64,000 bases of DNA from NCBI GenBank assembly GCA_036229005.1, contig JAZAMN010000011.1:32001-96000 (forward strand). Direction: 5' to 3'. Below, one piece after another: positions 54,701 to 61,418 of this stretch. The stretch's first letter is position 1; every line of letters starts with the position of its first letter. Origin of the DNA: Myxococcota bacterium. Lineage in GTDB: Bacteria; Myxococcota_A; UBA796; CAJQPC01. A program made the position numbers and the translations under genes. The notes beneath the pieces were generated by a model that was given only the letters and a program-made list of their open reading frames with translations, did not search any database and was not told the DNA's origin.

Positions 54701-55247
54701 GCCCGTTCCCGTGCACGTGGAACTGGTTCGCGTAGAACTCCAGGATGTCGGACTTCTCGTAGTGGGCCTCCAGGCGCAGGGCGTCCACGACCTCGTAGAG
54801 CTTGCCGTGCAGGTCCCGGGTGCCCGGGTGGAAGAGGTTCTCCGAGGTCTGCATGGTCAGGGTGCTGCCCCCCGACACCAGGCGCCCGGCCTTGATGTTC
54901 TGGGTCATGGCCCGCGCGAGCCCCACACCGTCCACGCCGGGGTGCTCGAAGAAGCGCTGGTCCTCGGCCGACGTGATGGCGTCCACCCAGCACTGCGGGA
55001 TGTCCTCGTACTCCACGTAGATGCGGTGGTCGTCGGCAAAGAACACGCCGATCGGCGTCTCCCCGTCGCGGTACAGCACGGGGGACTCCTGGGCGATCAG
55101 CGCCTGGATGCGCTGCTTCTCCAGGTGCTCCCCCGGGTTGTCCACCACGTAGGTCTTGTAGCTCCAGCCCGCGGCAAGGCCGCCGACGATCAGCAGGATC
55201 AGCAGGGCGATCAGCACCTTCTTGAGCACACTCCAGAGTCGTCTCAT
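51765..55247 (-). CDS. Class A penicillin-binding protein (PBP1A-like) with large insertions
   Basis: TM anchor; AEDQRFFEHPGVD, GGSTLTMQ; SxxK (STWK), SxN (SEN), KTGT. Confidence 0.9.
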   Translation of the reverse strand: MRRLWSVLKKVLIALLILLIVGGLAAGWSYKTYVVDNPGEHLEKQRIQALIAQESPVLYRDGETPIGVFFADDHRIYVEYEDIPQCWVDAITSAEDQRFFEHPGVDGVGLARAMTQNIKAGRLVSGGSTLTMQTSENLFHPGTRDLHGKLYEVVDALRLEAHYEKSDILEFYANQFHVHGNGRGLGIAARYFFDKDLNSDAPQDELTLQECAFLAGMVKGPGNYNPFLAKDAEQREAKETRALKRANYVLERMYIDGKISKEELDQWFDHPMRFSEGTFRYDSSVLLDEVAAQLEQAPFPEILAEAGIDNPATSGIRIVTTLDADAQRAATYGLWHHLSEAGSSLEGAKVEDFIRPKAVGPSPDADAPQVRDFVEAKVSAVDDGGVDLLLPGGVKGRLDKEALQRAADILALGAQGKKGATGSAELRESVRKRLTPGTVVWVSVRSAGEPMLCDLERTPELQGAVVVLEDGAVRALVGGNDNRNFNRAVSAKRQLGSTWKILVFNAALQLGWAPTDVLDNRRGVFPFTGTWYYPRPDHRSEDFVSLNWAGVRSENLASIWLLYHLTDRLNPEQLRRVAEITGLAQQRGESRQDYIARIRDEHGVIATRSRLSESWFGAVKEEVISGLEFSGHPEDAAELRSLHYGRGFSEELSRVSGDAVKEAALRQNFLHLESQLLVCEQQLHAIETVPADEPEPTVPALRDRLLEGLGLEQPEEAPAPEPTPKVDPADVDLLWASLGPGGIHLACGTQAPSESWQPLGEKLIFELGNPELPRLDTDLLIDGRLHASTLHSMRGAMDRLAEQHKETDPYDPELLLMHPDFKLLLGMEYVAKLAQVYGVQEELPPVLSMPLGALDISLLEAANVYQGYLAGQAWTYPGKAYSGTTSELLGGQAVPPQQVPGLLIAEIRDREGNLIYQAEPEPVPVADPVAGRLTVDILRNVVSHGTGRRALRVAGDFPLGGKTGTTNDFRNAAFIGHAPIADAKGRLVPDSAYTVAVYVGYDDNRQMVRNNIKLAGASGALPAWMGTVQGLQASGLMGKVQFQEELEDGYARVPVVDYSGLATGDLVDGAESSTGGDRSVLVYGAPGALKRRFAPLTDRPQVSDDSATAWEGSPWRDPEPEVPELPPQDTGLRARIAPEVVPEVPDEPAPSVWDELQPAD

Positions 55248-56293
55248 GCCCGGGCCTCCTGGATCAGCAGAGCCTCGACGGCGTCATAGGTCCGCTCGCG
55301 GGGCAGGGCACGCGCCGCACGGACACACATACGCGACAGGGCCGGCAGGTCTTTCAGGACCGCGCGGGTGGCGTCCACGAAGCCCTGGGGGGTGGTGGCG
55401 GTGAGGCCCGGGACCGGGAACACCTCGGACACGCCGTTCTGGGGGGTGGTGATGGGGACCACGCCGCAGGCCATCGCCTCCAGGCACGCGTTCCCGTAGG
55501 GCTCATAGACGGTCGGCAACAGCATGACCTCGACGGCGGGCAGCCATGTCTCGGGGTGTACGGCGCCCACAAAGTGCAGGCGGTGGAAGCGGGATCTCCA
55601 CTGCTCCAGCCGGTGGTCCCTCCCCATCACAATCAGAGGCAGCCCCAGCTCCTCAGCGACCTCCGCTGCGACGGCGAGGCCCTTGCGCTCAAAGCCCGTG
55701 CCCAGGAAGCCCAGCACCGGCTGCTCGGGATCCAGGCCCAGCTCGGCCCGGCGCTGGGCACGCCACTTGGGGTCCGGCCGGAAGCGCTGGCTGTCCACGC
55801 CGTTGGGGAGCACGCGGATGCGCGCGGGATCCAGCCCGTAGAAGCGCTCCAGGTCGTCCGCCGCCGAGCGCGAGGGGGAGATGACCCGCCTGGCCGAGAG
55901 CACCGCCCGCCGGTCGATGTCCCGCTCGATCCAGGCCTGGGGGTTCAGGCGCCAGCCCGGCTTGCAGGCCTCCAGGTAGGCCGCGTGGGCCCCCCCGCCG
56001 CAGCGGAAGAGCTGGTGCCCTTGGGTGCGCCCAAAGCCCATGACCACCTGGTGCCCGCCCCCGGAGACCGCCGCGGAGCTCCGGTAGAGGCTCAGCACCT
56101 TGGCCGGCCGCAGCATCGGCAGGTGGTGGAAGCGGGGCCCGTCGTCGACCAGGTCGTCGCGGATCTCATTGCAGTAGACGTGCACTTCATGGCCCTTGGA
56201 GAGCAAGTGGCGTGCCAGCCCCACCACGAAGCGCTCGGTGCCCCCGTGCTCGGTGTAGCGCCGGTGCACGAGCGCGATGTCCAGGCCCGTCAT
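55244..56293 (-). CDS. Glycosyltransferase family 4 (WaaG-like)
   Basis: GGTERF, PNGVD, GTGFERKGL, YEPYGNACLEAMACG. Confidence 0.88.
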   Translation of the reverse strand: MTGLDIALVHRRYTEHGGTERFVVGLARHLLSKGHEVHVYCNEIRDDLVDDGPRFHHLPMLRPAKVLSLYRSSAAVSGGGHQVVMGFGRTQGHQLFRCGGGAHAAYLEACKPGWRLNPQAWIERDIDRRAVLSARRVISPSRSAADDLERFYGLDPARIRVLPNGVDSQRFRPDPKWRAQRRAELGLDPEQPVLGFLGTGFERKGLAVAAEVAEELGLPLIVMGRDHRLEQWRSRFHRLHFVGAVHPETWLPAVEVMLLPTVYEPYGNACLEAMACGVVPITTPQNGVSEVFPVPGLTATTPQGFVDATRAVLKDLPALSRMCVRAARALPRERTYDAVEALLIQEARA

Positions 56294-57033
56294 GGCCGCT
56301 CTCCCCGCTGCTTTCGCCAGGTCCGCCCCCACTTGAGGGCCACGTAGCTCGCCCCCAGCCAGGCCAGCATCCAGCCGGCGATCCCGTCCCGGAATCCTGC
56401 AAGGAGTAGATAGGCCTTCACGAAATGTAGCGGCGGCCGCAGGGCCACGTCCCAGATCCGCGCGGGCCGCTCGGTCTTCTCGGCGTAGAGCCCGGTGTAG
56501 AAGTCGATGCTCTGCAGGTGCTCCCGCATGCTGCGGTAGGGCGTGTGCAGGATGCGCCCCGGGAGCCGCTGGGTGGGCCCGTCCACGTGCAGGATCTCGT
56601 GCACCTCCGAGCGCCAGACCGCGTGGCCCCGATGCGCCATCCGCGACATGTGCCGCGGCCTGAAGGTCCCCCCGCGGATCCGGGTCCCCAGCCACAGGTT
56701 CTCCCGGCAGAGGGTGAAGCCCCGAACATCCGGAGACTCCGGGAGCGCCACCAGCGCAGCCTGCAGGGTCTCGTCCAGCACCTCGTCGGCGTCCAGGTAG
56801 AGCACCCAGTCGTTGCGCACCATCTCCAGCGCCCGGTTCCGCTGCTGGGGAAAGCCCGGCCAGTCGACCTCTTCGACCCGCGCCCCCAGGCTGCGCGCCA
56901 GCTCCTGCGTCCCGTCCGTGGAGCCCGAGTCGAGCACCAGGATCTCGTCCGCGAAGGGCACGCTCGCGATGGCCGCGCCGATGCGGTCCGCTTCGTTCTT
57001 GGACAGGATGACGACGGAGAGCTTCACGGGCAC
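56290..57033 (-). CDS. Glycosyltransferase family 2 (WaaE/KdtX-like)
   Basis: LSVVILSKNEA, DSGSTDGT, QRNRA, LDADE, VHE, GFRDG. Start at 57033 or 57027. Confidence 0.9.
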   Translation of the reverse strand: MPVKLSVVILSKNEADRIGAAIASVPFADEILVLDSGSTDGTQELARSLGARVEEVDWPGFPQQRNRALEMVRNDWVLYLDADEVLDETLQAALVALPESPDVRGFTLCRENLWLGTRIRGGTFRPRHMSRMAHRGHAVWRSEVHEILHVDGPTQRLPGRILHTPYRSMREHLQSIDFYTGLYAEKTERPARIWDVALRPPLHFVKAYLLLAGFRDGIAGWMLAWLGASYVALKWGRTWRKQRGERP

Positions 57034-57058
57034 CTTGCCCAGGGATTATCCCAGGGAC

Positions 57059-58132
57059 ATGCCTGCGCCCTATCTGGACGACTACGCCTCCGCCCGAGCC
57101 GCCTTCCTGGAGGCCGCCCGCGCCCGAGCGCTCCCCACCTGGACCCTGCCTCTGGACGCCACCGGCCCCGGCGAGCTCCCCCTGAGCATCGACATCACCT
57201 GCCTGGGCCCCCAAGACGCACCCAAGGCCCTGGTGCACGTCAGCGGCGTCCACGGCGTCGAGGGCGTCTGCGGCTCGGCCATCCAGCGCAGCCTGCTCGC
57301 CGAGCCCCCCGAGCTGCCCCCGGACACCGCGCTGTTCCTCGTTCACGCCATCAACCCCTACGGGTGGGCATGGCGCCGCCGGGTCAATGAGTTGAACGTC
57401 GATCTCAACCGCAACTTCCTCCCCCCGGACCGGCCCTACTCAGGCGCCCCCGAGACCTACGCCCGCCTGGATCCGCTGCTCAATCCCCCCTCGCCTCCCG
57501 GCCCGGATCTCTTCCTGCCCAAGGTGGTCTGGAACATCGCGCGGCACGGCTTCAACAGCCTCAAGCAGGCGGTCGTGGGCGGCCAATACGCCTACCCCCA
57601 GGGCCTCTTCTTTGGCGGCAGCGGGCTCCAACAGGGCCCCCGCCTCTACATGGACTGGGTGCGCGAGCACCTCAGCGGCCGCCAGCAGCTCCTGGTCATC
57701 GACGTCCACACCGGCCTGGGCGAGCCCGCCTACGACAGCCTGCTGGTCGACTGCGACCCGGGCACCGAGGCCTCCCGCCGCCTGGAGGCCATCTTCGGCG
57801 AGCGCATCATCCCCTGGGACCCCGACGCCGGCGTGGCCTACCAGATCGAGGGCGGCCACACCTTCATCTACGCCCGCCTCTGCAGCGGCCGGGTCGACAC
57901 CGTCACCCAGGAGTTCGGGACCTCAAAGCCCCTCGCGGTCCTCAAGGCTCTGCGGGAGGAGAATCGGCTCCATCTGCACGGAGACCTTGGGCCCACCGCC
58001 CTGGATCACCCGGCCAAGCGCCAACTCCTGGAGACCTTCGCGCCGGCGAGGACAGGCTGGCGCGAGCTGGTCCTGGAGCGCGGGCTCACCCTGGTGGATC
58101 AGGGCTTGAAGGGCCTGGCGCCCTCCACCTGA
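57059..58132 (+). CDS. DUF2817 / M14-like metallopeptidase
   Basis: SGVHGVEG, HAINPYG, NVDLNRNF, DVHTGLG, QEFGT. Confidence 0.85.
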   Translation: MPAPYLDDYASARAAFLEAARARALPTWTLPLDATGPGELPLSIDITCLGPQDAPKALVHVSGVHGVEGVCGSAIQRSLLAEPPELPPDTALFLVHAINPYGWAWRRRVNELNVDLNRNFLPPDRPYSGAPETYARLDPLLNPPSPPGPDLFLPKVVWNIARHGFNSLKQAVVGGQYAYPQGLFFGGSGLQQGPRLYMDWVREHLSGRQQLLVIDVHTGLGEPAYDSLLVDCDPGTEASRRLEAIFGERIIPWDPDAGVAYQIEGGHTFIYARLCSGRVDTVTQEFGTSKPLAVLKALREENRLHLHGDLGPTALDHPAKRQLLETFAPARTGWRELVLERGLTLVDQGLKGLAPST

Positions 58133-59181
58133 CCGCTGTCCCAGAAGCCCAGGGTGATCCAGTTCACGTTGGTGAACCCCGCGCCGTGATCCACCGCGAA
58201 CTCCAGCGCCAGATCCCGGGAGAAGGACCCCACCTCAAAGTGGTAGACGCGCAGCTCCAGCCCGCCCGTCGCGTGCCAGGTGCCGTCCAGCGTCCGCAGC
58301 CGCGCCGCCTCTCTCCAGGCCCCGCTGCGCACCCGCAGGCGCTCGTCGATCACCTCGAGCTCCAGGCCCCCCCGCGGAGACATCGTCACGGTGTCACCCG
58401 TCGCGATCCACTCGCTGGCGACCAACACGCCCTCCAGCGCCGCCGCGTCATCCACCGGGCCCTCGACCACCAGATCCAGCGCCACGCGCATCGGCCAGGG
58501 GCGCGGCCAGGGGGCGTCGTCCACCTTGGACACGCCGAAGCCGATCTCCCAGGGCGCCACGGCCGTCTCCGGGGCCCAGTCCACGTCCTGCCAGCGCCGG
58601 GCGATCACCCGACTGCGGAAGCTGGCCCCCACGTTCACCCCGCCGTCCAGGGTGGTGATCAGCGTGCCCATTTGGAAGCCCGCGCCGGCGTAGCTGACGT
58701 TGGGCAGGTCCGGGAGCCGGAGGGCGGCGTTGGCCAACCGCACACCCACCCCCACCGCGCCAAAGGGGAGCTGGGCCGCGCCCACCACGTGCCCCTCGCT
58801 GTAGATGAGGTCACCTTGGGGGCCGGCCTCCTGCAGTGTCGTGAACACCGCTCCGGTCCCGAAGCGCCCCAGGCGGCTGCCCACCCCCAGGTCCAACCGG
58901 GTCTCCACCAGGCCCTCGGTCAGCGGCCGATCCTCCTGGCCGGTCAACACCAGGGCGGAGCTCAGACTGAGCACCCCGGAGACGCCAAAGGGCCCGGGGT
59001 GGTTCGTGCGCTGCACGGCGGGGGCCGCGGGGTTGAAGAAGGTCCCCTTTGCGCCCCATGCCAGGCCGATCCCCGCGCTGCCCATGGCCATGGACTCCGC
59101 GGAGGTCACGGGCACCCGGCGGGCCAGCTCCAGTTGGAGCGGCTCCTGGGCGAAGGCGGTGGACAGAATCAGGTGCAGCAA
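58099..59181 (-). CDS. Outer-membrane beta-barrel protein, FadL-like N-terminus
   Basis: TTG start, short signal ending AFA; MAMGSAG...FFNPAA; alternating beta strands. The ORF-track extension overlaps tRNA-Cys. Confidence 0.65.
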   Translation of the reverse strand: MLHLILSTAFAQEPLQLELARRVPVTSAESMAMGSAGIGLAWGAKGTFFNPAAPAVQRTNHPGPFGVSGVLSLSSALVLTGQEDRPLTEGLVETRLDLGVGSRLGRFGTGAVFTTLQEAGPQGDLIYSEGHVVGAAQLPFGAVGVGVRLANAALRLPDLPNVSYAGAGFQMGTLITTLDGGVNVGASFRSRVIARRWQDVDWAPETAVAPWEIGFGVSKVDDAPWPRPWPMRVALDLVVEGPVDDAAALEGVLVASEWIATGDTVTMSPRGGLELEVIDERLRVRSGAWREAARLRTLDGTWHATGGLELRVYHFEVGSFSRDLALEFAVDHGAGFTNVNWITLGFWDSGQVEGARPFKP

Positions 59182-59258
59182 GGTGCTTGACAGGCCTCCA
59201 CCAGGGGTTAACCACTGGGGGCCTTGAAGCGAAGCTGCAAAAAGCAGCCAAGCACCGC

Positions 59259-59333
59259 GGCGACGTGGCCAAGTGGTAAGGCAATGGTTTGCAAAACCAT
59301 GTATCACCGGTTCGACTCCGGTCGTCGCCTCCA
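59259..59333 (+). tRNA. tRNA-Cys (GCA)
   Basis: GGCGACGTGGCCAAGTGGTAAGGCAATGGTTTGCAAAACCAT...GTTCGACTCCGGTCGTCGCCTCCA. TTGACA upstream at 59187. Confidence 0.95.
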
Positions 59334-59335
59334 TC

Positions 59336-59367
59336 GAAACCCCGACTGCTCACGCGGTCGGGGTTTC
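59336..59367 (+). terminator. Terminator after tRNA-Cys
   Basis: GAAACCCCGAC...GTCGGGGTTTC stem. Confidence 0.75.
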
Positions 59368-59525
59368 TCGCTCTGGGCCTGGATCGGGATCCGGTGACCT
59401 CGCCGGCGCCCTGATCCCAGCCGCTTGGGGAGCGCCAACCTACCGAGCGGTAGAAAACACAGGCGCGTCGCAACACACCCCCGCCTCCTCTCGTTACCCT
59501 TGCCCGTGAAAATACGGGAGCCGGT

Positions 59526-60179
59526 GTGGACCTCGAACAGAAGATGCTGGACTTTGCCCTGCTCGGCGCCGGGTGGGTCATGTGGTTGCTGGTGGCGCTG
59601 TCGGTGCTGTGTGTGGGGGTCGCGATCGAGCGGCTGATCTTCTCGCTGCGGAACAGCACGCCCGCCGCGGAGCTGCAGCAGGCGCTCAACGCCTACCTCT
59701 CCAAGGGCGACAAGCTGGGCTTCAAGCAGGCCCTGGACAGCCTCAAGGGCGTCGAGGCCCGGGTGCTGGCCGCCGGGATCGAGGCGGCAGAGGACAACCC
59801 CTCCGCGGCGGAGGAGGCCATCGCCGGCACGATGATCTTCGAGAAGGCCAAGATGGGCCGCGGGCTGATCGTGCTGGGCTCCACCGGCTCCAACGCCCCC
59901 TTCGTGGGCCTGCTGGGCACGGTGCTCGGCATCATCAAGGCCTTCGCGGACCTGGCCACGGCCACGGACGAGGCCTCCACGGCGGTCATGGCCGGCATCT
60001 CCGAGGCGCTGGTCGCGACGGCCATCGGCCTGCTCGTGGCGATCCCGGCGGTCGTTGCGTTCAACTTCTTCCAGCAGCGGAACAAGAACACCCTGTCCCG
60101 CGTGGAGTCCCTGAGCCACCTGGTCCTGGCTCGGGTCAAGGCCGACCATGGGGGCGCCCTGGCCCAGAAGGGGGCCTGA
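59526..60179 (+). CDS. exbB: MotA/TolQ/ExbB proton channel protein
   Basis: APFVGLLGTVLGII, GISEALVATAIGLLVAIPA. Confidence 0.9.
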   Translation: MDLEQKMLDFALLGAGWVMWLLVALSVLCVGVAIERLIFSLRNSTPAAELQQALNAYLSKGDKLGFKQALDSLKGVEARVLAAGIEAAEDNPSAAEEAIAGTMIFEKAKMGRGLIVLGSTGSNAPFVGLLGTVLGIIKAFADLATATDEASTAVMAGISEALVATAIGLLVAIPAVVAFNFFQQRNKNTLSRVESLSHLVLARVKADHGGALAQKGA

Positions 60180-60638
60180 GTGGCCGCCAAGCTGGGCGGG
60201 GATGACGACGCCATCATCTCCGACATCAACGTCACGCCGCTGGTCGACATCACGCTGGTGGTGCTGATCATCTTCATGGTGACGGCGGTGGACATCGCCA
60301 AGAGCGCCATCAAGGTGAAGCTGCCGGAAGCCGCGACGGGCGAAGCGAGTGAGAACATCTCCCTGGGCTTGCAGCTCACCGCGGACGGGACGCTGACTGT
60401 CGACGGGAACGAGGTCACCGAGGCCCAGCTCCGCCAGGTCATCCAGGACGCCAAGACCGAGGCCGGGGACGCAGACGTGGTCTGCCTGATCGCCGCCGAC
60501 GCCGAGGTCCCGCACAAGCGCTTCATCTGGCTGCTGGATCTCGTGCGCCAGGAAGGCGTCGCCCAATACGCCATCAACATCGACCCCGTGTCGGTGGAGG
60601 CCGGCGAGGCCATGAAGCCCCTGCCCGAGGAGGGCTGA
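60180..60638 (+). CDS. exbD: ExbD/TolR protein
   Basis: DINVTPLVDITLVVLIIFMVT. Confidence 0.92.
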   Translation: MAAKLGGDDDAIISDINVTPLVDITLVVLIIFMVTAVDIAKSAIKVKLPEAATGEASENISLGLQLTADGTLTVDGNEVTEAQLRQVIQDAKTEAGDADVVCLIAADAEVPHKRFIWLLDLVRQEGVAQYAINIDPVSVEAGEAMKPLPEEG

Positions 60639-60641
60639 GCG

Positions 60642-61415
60642 GTGCGCTCCCCTCTGGGTCCCCCCGTCCCCCTCTGGAAGCGGCTGCTGGGCAACAGCTC
60701 GGCGCTCGCCGTGTCCGTGGGCGTTCACGTGCTCGTGGGCATCTACCTGCTCAAGGAGCGCGTGGGCGAGGAGAAGATCGAGCAGTGGGTGGAGATGACG
60801 GTCATCAAGCCGCCACCGCCCCCCGAGCCGGAGCCCGAAGCCGAGCCCGAGCCCGAGCCGGAGCCCGAGAAGCCCAAGCCCAAGCCCAAGCCCAAGCCCA
60901 AGGTGGAGCCCAAGGAGGTCGACTTCACGGAGACCGTGGACGAGCCGCCCCCCGAGGCCCCGCCCCCCGACAAGCCCCGCCCCCGGAGGCTGGTCCAGGG
61001 CATGAGCGCCAACTCCTTCGCGGAGGGCGCTGGCACCGGGCTCTCCGCCAACGCGGGCACCACGCTGGGGGTCGCGGACTCCCAGGAGAAGATGGCCGTG
61101 GACGAGGCCAAGGACTGGTCCTCGGTCCCCTACGCGTCGGTGACCACCCGCCCCAAGCTCAAGAACCGCCCCCCGCTGGAGGTCCCCCAGGCGGCCATCG
61201 ACGACGAGATCGAGGGCACCTGGACCGTCTACCTGGACATCTCGGACCAAGGCCGCGTGACCGCCGTCCGCATCCCCAAGGCCATCGGCTACGGCATCGA
61301 TGAGGCCTGCACCGAGGCGTGGAAGGCCTCCAAGTGGAAGCCCGGCGAGATGGACGGGACCCCCGTGACCGTGACGAACATGCCCTACAAGTGCCAGATC
61401 AAGGCGCTGGATTGA
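60642..61415 (+). CDS. tonB: TonB energy transducer
   Basis: TM with SxxxH, (EP)n/(KP)n linker, C-terminal TonB domain. Confidence 0.88.
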   Translation: MRSPLGPPVPLWKRLLGNSSALAVSVGVHVLVGIYLLKERVGEEKIEQWVEMTVIKPPPPPEPEPEAEPEPEPEPEKPKPKPKPKPKVEPKEVDFTETVDEPPPEAPPPDKPRPRRLVQGMSANSFAEGAGTGLSANAGTTLGVADSQEKMAVDEAKDWSSVPYASVTTRPKLKNRPPLEVPQAAIDDEIEGTWTVYLDISDQGRVTAVRIPKAIGYGIDEACTEAWKASKWKPGEMDGTPVTVTNMPYKCQIKALD

Positions 61416-61418
61416 CCC

